Assembly (NCBI GenBank): GCA_041748075.1
Contig: JBGTDX010000083.1
Span: forward strand, 16,383 to 80,382
Reading direction: 5' to 3'
Length of the DNA: 64,000 bases
DNA from: Thermoanaerobaculia bacterium
GTDB lineage: Bacteria; Acidobacteriota; Thermoanaerobaculia; Gp7-AA8
The notes under the pieces were generated by a model. It ran no database searches, was not told the origin of the DNA, and saw nothing but the letters and a program-made list of their open reading frames with translations. Below, one piece after another: positions 49,778 to 59,696 of this stretch (position 1 is its first letter; each line of letters starts with the position of its first letter). The position numbers and the translations under genes were made by a program.

Positions 49778-50263
49778 TCACACCCGGCCGGGCAATAACC
49801 TCTTGATGAGCTGAATCTGACCCGCATGGTACAGATCGTGCGCCGCTACCCCGTAGATGACCGTCGCATTGTCATTCCTGCTTCCCCCCGGGCGAAGCGC
49901 CAGATCCGCAGAGCTCAGCGAGGAGACTGCTGCAATGAGTTTGCGGTGCTCGTCGCCGAGGAGCTTGAGCTCGCGCTTCCAGTCAGCTTCGGCCCCACCG
50001 TCCGGACGGACGAACCAGTTGCTGCCCTCCAGAGGAAAGGATCCTCTGTCGCTGCCGGTGAGCCGGCGGTGGACAGCATACTTCCAGTACGCGGCGTGCA
50101 GCATCAGCTCCCAGATGTTGTGCCGGCCCTTCGCAGGACGCCAGCAAGCTTCCTCTTTCGTGAGCCCGCGCAACGAGCCACGCAAATTCGTCCCATGCCA
50201 CGACCTCTTCGAGTACGCTTCCTCCAGTATCCGAAGCAGAAGCCCTATCTCGCCGTTCGCCAT
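49778..50263 (-). CDS. DinB/YfiT-like (DinB_2) family protein
   Basis: Four-helix-bundle pattern with the conserved His triad (HAAYWK...HDLYHAGQI). Confidence 0.75.
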   Translation of the reverse strand: MANGEIGLLLRILEEAYSKRSWHGTNLRGSLRGLTKEEACWRPAKGRHNIWELMLHAAYWKYAVHRRLTGSDRGSFPLEGSNWFVRPDGGAEADWKRELKLLGDEHRKLIAAVSSLSSADLALRPGGSRNDNATVIYGVAAHDLYHAGQIQLIKRLLPGRV

Positions 50264-50293
50264 GGTTGACCTCCATCAGAAAAAGAGCCGCGT

Positions 50294-50899
50294 ATGAATG
50301 TACCGAAAATGGGAGACTCGTTCTATCGCCTTCTTGAAACACTTTTCAAAGAGCTCGATCAGGAATCGATCGAGAAGGAAGTCGCGAAGCTGCGGAACGA
50401 CCATCCTGGTGCGTCAAATACCGAACTGGCGCGGGTGCTGACGAAAAAATCAGCGCGCGCTGCTGCCGCCGTCGGTGCGGTAGCCGGTTCTGCAGGCGGA
50501 CCGATCGGCCTGCTCGCGATGGGACCGGATATCTTCAACCTCGTGCGCCTCCAGAGCCGGCTGGTCCTCGCGATCGCATTCCTGCATGGCCGGAAGCCTC
50601 ACATCCAGGAACGGTTCCGCGAAGTTCTCGCAACGCTCGCAATCTCCACCGGCGCCTCCGCCAGCCGCCAGGGAGCGCGCTATCTGTTGCGTCGCGGGCT
50701 CGAAGGCAAGGCGGCAGAGAAGATCGTGCGGCAGATCGCGGGGAGGTTCGTCGCCCGGAGAGTTCCCGCAGCGATTCCCCTCATCGGCGGCGCCGCGGGC
50801 GCCGGACTGAATTACCTCGCAGTCAACGCGACCGCGAAAGCCGCTATGGCCTACTACGCGAATGAAGCCCCTGATCAGAAAACCCTGCCTCCACCCTGA
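50294..50899 (+). CDS. EcsC-like family protein (tentative)
   Basis: Ala/Gly-rich helical protein of about 200 aa resembling EcsC. Confidence 0.45.
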   Translation: MNVPKMGDSFYRLLETLFKELDQESIEKEVAKLRNDHPGASNTELARVLTKKSARAAAAVGAVAGSAGGPIGLLAMGPDIFNLVRLQSRLVLAIAFLHGRKPHIQERFREVLATLAISTGASASRQGARYLLRRGLEGKAAEKIVRQIAGRFVARRVPAAIPLIGGAAGAGLNYLAVNATAKAAMAYYANEAPDQKTLPPP

Positions 50900-50972
50900 C
50901 AAAGGGATATCTTCATGCCTCACCCTCCACTCTTCACTCTTCATCTTTCATCTTTCCGACTATCCTTCATCC

Positions 50973-51389
50973 ATGGCCCGTTACTCGATCGAAGAATATG
51001 TCCGATGGGAAGACATCGACGCCGCCGGCATCATCAACTACCAGGCGTATCTGCGCTTCTTCGGCCTCGCGGAAGCGGAGCTTTTCCGTTCTTGCGGACT
51101 CTCGTACAAGACACTGTTCGAGGAGCTGAACATCTGGCTCCCGCGCGTTCACGTCGAATGTGACTTCAAAGTTCCCGTAACCCTCGATGAGCTTCTCGTG
51201 GTCGAAGCGTACTTCGGACGCATCGGGTCTTCTTCCGTACAACTCGACTTCCGCGTTCACAGGAAGAGCGACCCGTCCGTGACGGTGGCAACGGGTCAGT
51301 ACGTTCTCGTTACGGTGCGACGAGGAGAGTTCAATCCTGCGCCGGTGCCGGACGTGCTAAGGCAGAGAATCGCACCGTACCTCGAATAG
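50973..51389 (+). CDS. acyl-CoA thioesterase, hotdog fold (4HBT/YbgC-like)
   Basis: YSIEEYVRWEDIDAAGIINYQAYLRFF is the 4HBT N-terminal pattern. Confidence 0.7.
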   Translation: MARYSIEEYVRWEDIDAAGIINYQAYLRFFGLAEAELFRSCGLSYKTLFEELNIWLPRVHVECDFKVPVTLDELLVVEAYFGRIGSSSVQLDFRVHRKSDPSVTVATGQYVLVTVRRGEFNPAPVPDVLRQRIAPYLE

Positions 51390-51422
51390 ATCGAAGCTCC
51401 TCTTGCCACACGCGGTGACGTC

Positions 51423-52202
51423 TCACAACCTCAACAGTTTGTCGCGCAGAATCCGTGAATGCAGACGGCTCGTCTGGAGCTCCTGGCCGTTCGAGAGGGT
51501 CACGCGGTACGTACCGCCCGGCATCGAGTGGACCTTCGTGATCATCGCCACGTTCGCAAGCGAGCCGCGGCCGAGCCGGATGAACTTCCCTTCGTCCAGC
51601 CGGGCTTCGAGATCCTTCAGACGATAGGAGATCGTGTGCTTCTCGTTCTTCGCAGTGAGAATGTGCAGCAGCTCGCCGTCGGCGATGATCGAAGCGATCT
51701 GCTCGACGGGAAGCAGGATGATCTCGTCCCGCTTCCGCACAGGGATGCGCTCGAGTGGCGCGCTGTCCTGTTGTGACATCGTCGACGCCACAGTCTCCAG
51801 CCGGGCGACATCATCGGCGCGGACATCGGCGCGGTCCAGCCGGTCCAGTGCCCTGCTGAGAGTCTCGCGTAACCGCCCCGCTTCGACAGGCTTGAGCAGG
51901 TAGTCGACCGCGTTGAGCTCGAACGCGCGGACCGCGTATTCGTCGTACGCCGTGACGAACGCGATCATCGGCGTTGCGTTGCGCTTGAGAAGTCTCACGA
52001 CACCCAGTCCGTCGATCTCCGGCATCTGAAGATCGAGCAGCGCGAGATCGGGACGGGTCTTCTCGATCAGCTCGATGGCTTCGGCTCCGTTCTCGGCCTC
52101 GCCGACAAAGTCGACGTCGTCGTGCGAGGCGAGCATCGACTTGAGCAGCGAACGCGCGGGACGTTCGTCGTCCGCGATGACGACCCTCAATCTTTCTTTC
52201 AT
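51423..52202 (-). CDS. LytTR-family response regulator
   Basis: REC domain (VVIADDE...DLALLDLQMP) plus C-terminal LytTR DNA-binding domain; 4-bp overlap with the upstream kinase. Confidence 0.85.
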   Translation of the reverse strand: MKERLRVVIADDERPARSLLKSMLASHDDVDFVGEAENGAEAIELIEKTRPDLALLDLQMPEIDGLGVVRLLKRNATPMIAFVTAYDEYAVRAFELNAVDYLLKPVEAGRLRETLSRALDRLDRADVRADDVARLETVASTMSQQDSAPLERIPVRKRDEIILLPVEQIASIIADGELLHILTAKNEKHTISYRLKDLEARLDEGKFIRLGRGSLANVAMITKVHSMPGGTYRVTLSNGQELQTSRLHSRILRDKLLRL

Positions 52203-54178
52203 TTCCGGCCGCCCGCGGCACCGGTCTCGAGCTCAGCCCGACGAAGGAAAACCGGAAGCGAAACTTCCACGTGCGTCCCGCTCACCGGATCACTGGCGAG
52301 ACGGAGATGCGCCTCTTCGCCATAGAGAGCGCGCAGACGATCCTCCACGTTTCTCAGCCCCACTCCCCGCCTACGACCCTGCGCGATCTCGATCTCGCTC
52401 GCGGCACTGCCTGTGTTCGATACCGTAATCACAAGACGTTCGTCGTCTCCGTCCGCATCTGCTGCGCGGGCGACGAGCGAAACGTCTCCACCCTGGCGGC
52501 TTTTCGCAATTCCATGCTTGATCGCGTTCTCCACCAGTGGCTGGAGAATCAGCGACGGAATGTCTATCTCGAGCAGTTCGTCCGGCACGTCCACCAGCAC
52601 CGTCAGCCTTTCCTCGAATCGTTCCCGCTCGATGTCGAGATAGGCCGTAATGAGCGAGAGCTCTTCCTTCAGCGTGACCGTGGAGGCGCTCGATCTCAGG
52701 ACCCCTCGAAGAAGCGAAGTGAGTTTCATCAGGGTCTTGCCCGCTCGCTCAGGAGAGACCTGCACCAGCCATGTGATCGTGTTCAGGGCGTTGAAGAGGA
52801 AATGTGGATTGATCTGCGCGCGAAGGGCCCGAAGCTCGGCCTCGGTCGCGAGCTTGCCCATCTCCTGCTCCCGCGCGGACTGAATCATCCTCTCGCGCAT
52901 GATGCGCAGCGCGTCGATTCTCCGCGCGATGATGTTGGCAGCGTTCAGAAGCATCTGGTCGTCGTCGGACAGCAGCCTTCGCCCTCCCGCCAGGGGTCCC
53001 ACGACGATCACGTAGTGTGGAGCCTCGCTCGTCGGAACCGCGATCGTCGCCGTCGATTCCACGAGTCCATTCCGCGAATTTTCGGGTGGATCGACCGCCC
53101 AGCTCATCGTCCGCGCCAGCAGTGCCGGCTGCAGAAGAGCGCAGGCGCGGTCGAGCAGCCGCTCGTCCGATTCTTCTTCCGCGGCGATGGCAGCCAACTC
53201 CTGCTGCAGTCCCGCATAGTCCGCCCGCCGGAGCACGATCCGGTCCACGAACCAGCTCGAAGCGCGGCTCATCAGCGGGTAGAGCAGCGCGGTGCCGACC
53301 CAGAGAACCAGCAACGTCCCGGCAACTACAGGATCTCCATCTGCTGCATTGGATGTGATCACAGGCTCTGCCACGGTGACGAACAGTCCAGCCGCGACGC
53401 CGACCAGCATGAAGAGGGCAAGGGCGCGCTTGAGAAAGATGTCGGCGAGCGCAAATCGGTAGTCCTGATAAAGGATCGCAAAGGCAAGCGGCAGTGAAGC
53501 GTGATGTCCCACGAGCTCGGTCACCCACGATTCCTGACCCTGATCGTGCTGGCTGAATCGGATCGCGAGTACGGCAAAGATCGAGAGCGCAATGATCCAC
53601 CAGCGCCGAAGCCATCCGGCCCATTTGCGCGTCATGAGCAGAAGCGGGATTGTGAGGACGACGAAACTGACCGTCAGCACTTCCATGGCCAGGCTCGAAG
53701 GCACCGAGGCATCCCGCACTCCTGCGAACTGCAACGTTGCAGCAACCGAGGCGACGCCATACGAGATCGCAATCAGGATGCCGGCGTTTCTCCGCTTCCG
53801 ATGATGATCAGACGCGATCAGAACGGAATGAACCACGACGGCGGGAAGAAATCCGAGTGCACTGAACGCGATCGCCATGAGGAATGGGTGGGGCTGGCCG
53901 ACACCCAGATCCCGCACTCCGTACGCTGCCAGTCCTGCTACGTTCCACACCAACCCCAGAATGGCGGTCGCGATCGGCAGACGATCGGGAAACGAAGCAC
54001 TCCCTGAGCCCGAAGTCCGGAACGGCCGTCCCCGAAGAACCAGCCCCATGAGCATCGCATAGAGCGCGGCCCCGGTAAGAAAGCCGAGTATGTGCACGAG
54101 TGCGGCGAAATTGGCTCCGCTCATGGTCCCCATCGCTTCGATTTGATGATGATCCCCACCGGCCGGCAAGTCTGTCAC
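52199..54178 (-). CDS. LytS/YehU-type sensor histidine kinase (multi-TM 5TMR-LYT-like sensor, GAF-like, His_kinase, HATPase_c)
   Basis: HPHFLFNALNTITWLV is the LytS-type H-box; the C-terminus has the G1/G2 ATPase boxes. Confidence 0.85.
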   Translation of the reverse strand: MTDLPAGGDHHQIEAMGTMSGANFAALVHILGFLTGAALYAMLMGLVLRGRPFRTSGSGSASFPDRLPIATAILGLVWNVAGLAAYGVRDLGVGQPHPFLMAIAFSALGFLPAVVVHSVLIASDHHRKRRNAGILIAISYGVASVAATLQFAGVRDASVPSSLAMEVLTVSFVVLTIPLLLMTRKWAGWLRRWWIIALSIFAVLAIRFSQHDQGQESWVTELVGHHASLPLAFAILYQDYRFALADIFLKRALALFMLVGVAAGLFVTVAEPVITSNAADGDPVVAGTLLVLWVGTALLYPLMSRASSWFVDRIVLRRADYAGLQQELAAIAAEEESDERLLDRACALLQPALLARTMSWAVDPPENSRNGLVESTATIAVPTSEAPHYVIVVGPLAGGRRLLSDDDQMLLNAANIIARRIDALRIMRERMIQSAREQEMGKLATEAELRALRAQINPHFLFNALNTITWLVQVSPERAGKTLMKLTSLLRGVLRSSASTVTLKEELSLITAYLDIERERFEERLTVLVDVPDELLEIDIPSLILQPLVENAIKHGIAKSRQGGDVSLVARAADADGDDERLVITVSNTGSAASEIEIAQGRRRGVGLRNVEDRLRALYGEEAHLRLASDPVSGTHVEVSLPVFLRRAELETGAAGGRK

Positions 54179-54308
54179 AACGAAAAGCCCGAATTGACCG
54201 ACGAACGGCCGGAGCGAGGCTACCGATGGGAGAAAACGCGACGGACAGCGGGAAATTCTTCACATCACTCTATCGGACCGTGACGCGTCGGCTCACCGGG
54301 TTCGAGCC

Positions 54309-54480
54309 CGGACTGGTGCCCCAATGGCGTCAACTTAAGGACTGAGCACGAGCAAGTGTCATCCTGAGCGCAGCGAAGGATCCCCATACTATGGGCTGGG
54401 ATCGCAAGGCTTTGGGGGATCCTTCGCTTCGCTCAGGATGACACCTTGTGCCTTAAGTTGACGCCATTGGGACTGGTGCC
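54309..54480. mobile_element. MITE: 12-bp target-site duplication (ggactggtgccc), perfect 19-bp TIRs (CAATGGCGTCAACTTAAGG) and the nested inner palindromic repeat
   Basis: TSD at 54309-54320 and 54469-54480; TIRs at 54321-54339 and 54450-54468; inner palindrome at 54355-54443. Confidence 0.7.
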
Positions 54481-54496
54481 CGGCGAAGCAGCGAGC

Positions 54497-57223
54497 TCAC
54501 CCCTTCGGCGGCGACCAGTGCACGATCACGTTGTGCGGCTCGTTCAGGGACTCGTCCGAGATCACCATGAGAAACCTGCCGTCCCGCGCGACGTCGAACC
54601 AAACGATCTCCTCGGATACCTCGAACAGAAATCGCGGCTCCGGCCGTGCCAGATTCGCGCTCGTTTCGAGATTGACTTCGTAGATCTTGTTCTCACGCTC
54701 ATAGTACAGAGCTCGCCGCTCCCGGTCCCAGATCGGGACACGACCCCCCTCGGTCGAGATCTGGATGCTTCGTCCCGGTCCCGGAAACGGCTTTAACCAG
54801 ACTTCGTCCCGTCCCGTTTCGCCGGACGTATACGCGACGAAGAGCCCATCGCGAGAGAATCGCGCTCCAGTCTGCGATTCCGGTACAATAAGGAAGGGGC
54901 GCGCATTCGGTTCCCCCTCCAGATCGGCCAGCCACAGGTCGTTTCGGGAACCGGGATCGAATCTGTAGTAGACGACGACCTTCCCGTCGGGTGACACGTC
55001 GCAGGGGTGCGTGAGATCATCCGAACCGACGATCACTCGTTCCTCTCCCGAGCCCTCGAGATCCTTGATGAAGATGTCCGGGCGTCTCAACCGGTCCGAA
55101 TCAAAGACAAGGGCATTCCCCGAGGGGGTCCAGACCGGATTCGCTTCCTCTGCCGGATGCGTGGTGAGCCTGCTGCGCGTATCGCGGCTCAGCCCATAGA
55201 GCCAGAGATCACTCGTCCCGGTGCGCGTGTCCCTGAGGTCGAACGCGACCTGCTGGCCATCCGGGGAGATCGCCACGGAAAAGCCACTCACGCCTTCCAC
55301 CAGGGCGGCGCCGCGACTGCCATCCCGATCGAACCATCGAATCGAACTGTTGGAATCCGCTTTCCTGTAGCCGATCGTTCCATTGCGGGCGGAGGTGAAC
55401 GAGGCGCCTCCCGTCGGCATGAAGTAGTTGACCCCACGCACCACCGGGATCGGCTTTCCCGTGAAACGGAGTGCCTTCTCGTCAAATGGCATCGCCACCA
55501 GAGTCCCGTCGACCACATGCAGCAGGTGCCCCGAGTCGAGGAGATCGAACTTCGAGCCGATCTCCCCCACCTCGGCCGTGTCGGGCGAATCGAGCCGGCC
55601 CGAGCGCAACTTGTAGCTGTTCCTCTCCCGCGACGGTTCACGAGTCAGCGACATATAGAGAAAGCGGTTCCCGTTGCGCAGAAACTTCGGATACATCGGC
55701 GCGATTTCGAATCGACCAGGCTCCGGCGCGACGATCCGCTCGCTCGTGCCTCCCAGCGCCGATACCCGAAAGATCCCGTTTCCCTCGGTCGCGAACAGGA
55801 TGACGTCCTCGGGGCTCCACGTGCCCCCGCGAGGGATACCCTGCACCGCCGAGATGTCGCGCGAGGTTCCTTCGACGATGTCCATCACCTTCAGCCGCCC
55901 ATCCTCGATCACCGCGAGCTCGTTGCCACGCGGCGACCAGCATAAAAGGCTCATCCGCCCGCTGCCGGGAAACATCTTCAGCGAGTCGGAGCCGAGCTCC
56001 CGCAGACCGATGACCCATGCCCCGTCAGGTCGCTTGACGCGCATAGCGACGTTGCGGCCATCCGGAGAGAGGAGAGGATCACCCACATCGACGTATTCGG
56101 CCGTCCGGCCTGGGAACGACAGGTGGATGGTCTCCGGATCCGAAGGAGCAGTCACGTACCAGTACAGATTCGATGCGACCAGGGCGAGTGCTGCGAACCC
56201 TCCCAGCAGCCAGGCCAGCCGCGACCGATGCTTTCTCCGGAACGCGAGCGGAGCAGCGACTCCCGCCTCCGAGCCTGCTTCGCTGATCCACTGGAGCTCG
56301 CTCGCGATGTCGTGCGCCGATTGCCATCGGTCGTCCGGATCTTTTTCCAGGCACTTCCGAACGACATGATCGAGCGCGGGGGGCGACATCGGCGCCACGC
56401 TCGATATCGGCTCCGGCTGCTGCGAGACGATCGCCGCGATCAGACTCGTCTTCGACGCACCCTTGAATGCCCGTCGCCCCGTCGCCATCTCGTAGAGCAC
56501 CGCACCGAAGGCGAAGATGTCTGTTCGCGCATCCGCCTCGAGACCTTCGAGCTGTTCCGGCGCCATGTACTGGAAGGTGCCGAGGATGGTTCCTTCCGCC
56601 GTCAGCGGCGCCTTCTCAGTCAGCAAGTCGGATGCGTGGGTACCGGAAACTGGTGCGGCGGCGATTCGGGCAAGGCCGAAGTCGAGCAGCTTCGCTCCGC
56701 TGCGCGTGAGCATCACGTTGCCCGGCTTGAGATCGCGATGGACGATGCCGCGGCGGTGTGCTGCCGCGAGCGCCTGGGCGATGTGCTGGCCGTGGCGGAG
56801 CACCTCCGTCATGGGAAGCGGCCCCCGTTTGAGGCGGTCGGCGAGCGATTCTCCCTCCAGGTACTCCATCACGAGAAAGCTCGTCCCGCCCTCGTGTCCC
56901 ACGTCATGGAGCGTGCAGATGTGCGGGTGGCTGAGTGCGGAGATCGCCTTCGCCTCGCGATCGAAGCGCGCGTTCAGCTTCGCGTTCGCCGCCAGCGCTG
57001 CGGGAAGGACCTTGACTGCCACGTGGCGGTCGAGCCGCGTGTCGAGCGCCTTCCACACCTCTCCCATTCCCCCCGCGCCGATGGGCGCGACGATCTCGTA
57101 CGGTCCGAGGCGCGTACCTGTCTTGACGGGCAAGGGAACAGCATAGAGAGTCGAGCCGTCCTGGTCCACTCCTCGTCGAACCCGTACCCCGTGCAGTCCT
57201 GGACCGTGGCAGGTGCGTTTCAC
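54497..57223 (-). CDS. Ser/Thr protein kinase with a TM helix and a C-terminal TolB-like (PD40/WD40-like) beta-propeller
   Basis: GAGGMGEVWKA, HRDLKPGNVML, DFGLAR, then repeated PD40-like units (SPDGQ...DLWL). The start is uncertain because the first M is far upstream of the kinase core. Confidence 0.8.
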   Translation of the reverse strand: MKRTCHGPGLHGVRVRRGVDQDGSTLYAVPLPVKTGTRLGPYEIVAPIGAGGMGEVWKALDTRLDRHVAVKVLPAALAANAKLNARFDREAKAISALSHPHICTLHDVGHEGGTSFLVMEYLEGESLADRLKRGPLPMTEVLRHGQHIAQALAAAHRRGIVHRDLKPGNVMLTRSGAKLLDFGLARIAAAPVSGTHASDLLTEKAPLTAEGTILGTFQYMAPEQLEGLEADARTDIFAFGAVLYEMATGRRAFKGASKTSLIAAIVSQQPEPISSVAPMSPPALDHVVRKCLEKDPDDRWQSAHDIASELQWISEAGSEAGVAAPLAFRRKHRSRLAWLLGGFAALALVASNLYWYVTAPSDPETIHLSFPGRTAEYVDVGDPLLSPDGRNVAMRVKRPDGAWVIGLRELGSDSLKMFPGSGRMSLLCWSPRGNELAVIEDGRLKVMDIVEGTSRDISAVQGIPRGGTWSPEDVILFATEGNGIFRVSALGGTSERIVAPEPGRFEIAPMYPKFLRNGNRFLYMSLTREPSRERNSYKLRSGRLDSPDTAEVGEIGSKFDLLDSGHLLHVVDGTLVAMPFDEKALRFTGKPIPVVRGVNYFMPTGGASFTSARNGTIGYRKADSNSSIRWFDRDGSRGAALVEGVSGFSVAISPDGQQVAFDLRDTRTGTSDLWLYGLSRDTRSRLTTHPAEEANPVWTPSGNALVFDSDRLRRPDIFIKDLEGSGEERVIVGSDDLTHPCDVSPDGKVVVYYRFDPGSRNDLWLADLEGEPNARPFLIVPESQTGARFSRDGLFVAYTSGETGRDEVWLKPFPGPGRSIQISTEGGRVPIWDRERRALYYERENKIYEVNLETSANLARPEPRFLFEVSEEIVWFDVARDGRFLMVISDESLNEPHNVIVHWSPPKG

Positions 57224-57362
57224 CAGCCAAAATCACCCATCCATCCGTCAGAAAGAACCGCTCACTGGAAACGATTCCAGGCACACCTGTGGCAATCCGT
57301 ATTCTGGTGGCCCGGAAAGCCGCTCCGGCTTGCCTATAATCCACACCGACAGGAACAACCTG

Positions 57363-59660
57363 ATGACAATCGAATCGCCTTTACGTTCAGCCGTTCTCTG
57401 GATCTCAGCAGCGATCCTCTTCGTCTCGCTCGCCGCATTCCCCGCCTCGGCCCAGAGCACAGGGAGCGTTACCGGTCGGGTCATCTCCAGCACAGGAGCC
57501 GTCGCGGCCGGAGTCGAAGTCTCGCTCGTCGAACTGCGGCGCAGAACGACGACTTCCGCGGATGGGACCTTTCGGTTTGACAGGGTCCCTCCCGGGCGTT
57601 ACCTGGTTCTTGTCGAAAGCCCGCGCCTCGGATCGAGTGTGGGAAGCATCCAGGTCACTCCAGGTGCGACTGCCGAGGTCGACATCGAGCTCGATCTCGC
57701 CGTTCACTCGGAACAGATCGTCGTCAGTGCGGGGCCTGAGAGCAGGGCCGCGGACGACGTTTATCAGCCGATCGATGTGGTCAGCGGAGACGAACTTGCC
57801 CTCCGGATGCAGCCAACGCTGGGAGAGACGTTATCGAACCAGCCCGGCGTCAGCTCGACGTACTTCGGGCCCGCATCCAGCCGGCCCGTAATCCGCGGGC
57901 TCGGAGGCGACAGAATCCGGATTCTCGAAGAAGGCATCGGGACGGGCGATGCGTCCAACGTCAGCCCCGATCACGCCGTCACGTTCGATCCGATGAACGC
58001 CGACAGAATCGAGATCGTCCGCGGCCCGGCAACTCTCCTGTACGGCAGCAACGCCGTCGGCGGTCTCGTGAACATCATCGACAGCCGCGTTCCCGAGTAC
58101 GTTCCGACCTCCCCGATCGGTGGGTCGGTCGATCTTCTTTTCGGTACTGTTGCCGACGAGCGCAGTGGCGGTGTGGCTCTCCAGGGTGGCGCAGGCTCCT
58201 TTGCATGGAATCTCCGTCTGGGCCGGAGGGAGACGAATGACATCGAAATTCCCGGACCTGCCGCGCACGAAGACGACCATGATGACGACGATCACGACGA
58301 CGAAGAGTTCTCAGGAGTGCTGGAGAACAGCGCTCTGAAGAACGACACCGGCTCTCTCGGTGTGTCGTGGGTTGGTGAGCGCGCATTCTTCGGAGTCGCA
58401 GTGAGCGGGCTCGATTCCTTTTACGGAGTGCCGGGACACGGCCATCATGACGAAGAGGGTGAGGAGGAAGAGGAAGAAGAGGAAGAAATCGTCAGCATCG
58501 ATATGCGGCAGCGGCGCGTCGATCTTCGCGGCGAGATCCGCAATGACGGCGGCCTCTTTTCCGCTTACAGACTGCGTGCCGGCCGCACAGATTACAAACA
58601 TACAGAGCTCGAAGGTGACGAAATCGGCACGCTCTTCACCAATGACGCCACCGAAGCACGCATCGAGGCGATCCATCGGGCCATCGGACCGTTCCGCGGT
58701 TCGATCGGGCTTCAGCTTTCGAACCGCGATTTCTCAGCGGTCGGAGCCGAAGCGTTCGTGCCTCCGAGTGAGACCGACACCCTCGCCCTCTTCATCTTCG
58801 AGGAGACCGGGAGCGGGCCGCTGCGCTACCAGTTCGGTGCGCGATACGAAAAGCAGGACGTGTCGGCACGAATCAACGATCTTCCCAGCCGATCCTTTGC
58901 AGGTCTCTCCGGCTCTGCCGGCGTGATCTGGAGAGCGCCAGAGGATCCATACGCTGTTGCCGTTTCGGTTGCACGTGCGGTGCGCGCTCCCACGGCCGAG
59001 GAGCTTTACGCAAACGGTCCGCACATTGCGACGCGCTCGTTCGAGATCGGAAATCCTGATTTCGATGAGGAGACGAGTCTCGGGCTCGATCTGTCTTTCA
59101 GAAAAACCGAAGGACGCGTGAAAGGGGAGCTGAATCTCTTCGCCCAGCGCTTCGACGACTTCATCTTCGAGCGTCCCACGGGTGAAGAAGAGGACGAGCT
59201 TCCCGTGTTCCAGTTCGAGCAGGCCGAGGCGAACTTCCGCGGCGCCGAGGTTCATGCCGACATCGAGCTCTTTCACACCGAGCCGCATCACTTCGATCTC
59301 GAGCTGTCAGCCGACTACGTCCGCGGAACGCTCGATGGAGGCGGCAACCTTCCCCGGATCACTCCTTTACGCCTGGGCGCGGGCCTTCGCTACCGCGGCC
59401 CCCGAATCTGGTCGCTGGTCGAGGTGCGGGAGGTTGCGGACCAGAACCGCACCGCAGATTTCGAAGAGGAGACCGATGGCTACACCATGTTCAATGCGGC
59501 GGTCGGCTATCGATTCTTCCTCGGCATGACGATCCACGAGCTCGTGCTTCGGGGCACCAACCTGACCGACGAGCTCGCGCGCAGTCACGTCTCGCCGCTC
59601 AAGGAGCTCGCACCACTGCCCGGCCGCGACTTCAGCCTCGCCTACAAGGTGATGTTCTGA
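57363..59660 (+). CDS. TonB-dependent receptor with an N-terminal carboxypeptidase-regulatory-like domain and His/Asp/Glu-rich insertions
   Basis: Signal peptide, plug domain (IVRGPATLLYGSNAVGGLVNII), C-terminal beta-barrel ending in F. Inserts: HEDDHDDDDHDDEEF and GHGHHDEEGEEEEEEEEE. Confidence 0.85.
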   Translation: MTIESPLRSAVLWISAAILFVSLAAFPASAQSTGSVTGRVISSTGAVAAGVEVSLVELRRRTTTSADGTFRFDRVPPGRYLVLVESPRLGSSVGSIQVTPGATAEVDIELDLAVHSEQIVVSAGPESRAADDVYQPIDVVSGDELALRMQPTLGETLSNQPGVSSTYFGPASSRPVIRGLGGDRIRILEEGIGTGDASNVSPDHAVTFDPMNADRIEIVRGPATLLYGSNAVGGLVNIIDSRVPEYVPTSPIGGSVDLLFGTVADERSGGVALQGGAGSFAWNLRLGRRETNDIEIPGPAAHEDDHDDDDHDDEEFSGVLENSALKNDTGSLGVSWVGERAFFGVAVSGLDSFYGVPGHGHHDEEGEEEEEEEEEIVSIDMRQRRVDLRGEIRNDGGLFSAYRLRAGRTDYKHTELEGDEIGTLFTNDATEARIEAIHRAIGPFRGSIGLQLSNRDFSAVGAEAFVPPSETDTLALFIFEETGSGPLRYQFGARYEKQDVSARINDLPSRSFAGLSGSAGVIWRAPEDPYAVAVSVARAVRAPTAEELYANGPHIATRSFEIGNPDFDEETSLGLDLSFRKTEGRVKGELNLFAQRFDDFIFERPTGEEEDELPVFQFEQAEANFRGAEVHADIELFHTEPHHFDLELSADYVRGTLDGGGNLPRITPLRLGAGLRYRGPRIWSLVEVREVADQNRTADFEEETDGYTMFNAAVGYRFFLGMTIHELVLRGTNLTDELARSHVSPLKELAPLPGRDFSLAYKVMF

Positions 59661-59696
59661 TCCACAAAGCAGCACCCGAACAGCTTTCGCGCGCGT

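Noticed and set aside
50900-50960. Tandem 7-mers (ctcttca x2, tctttca x2) upstream of the thioesterase gene
   Set aside because: They look like the heptamer hairpins, but no complementary arm is present; probably simple slippage repeats.
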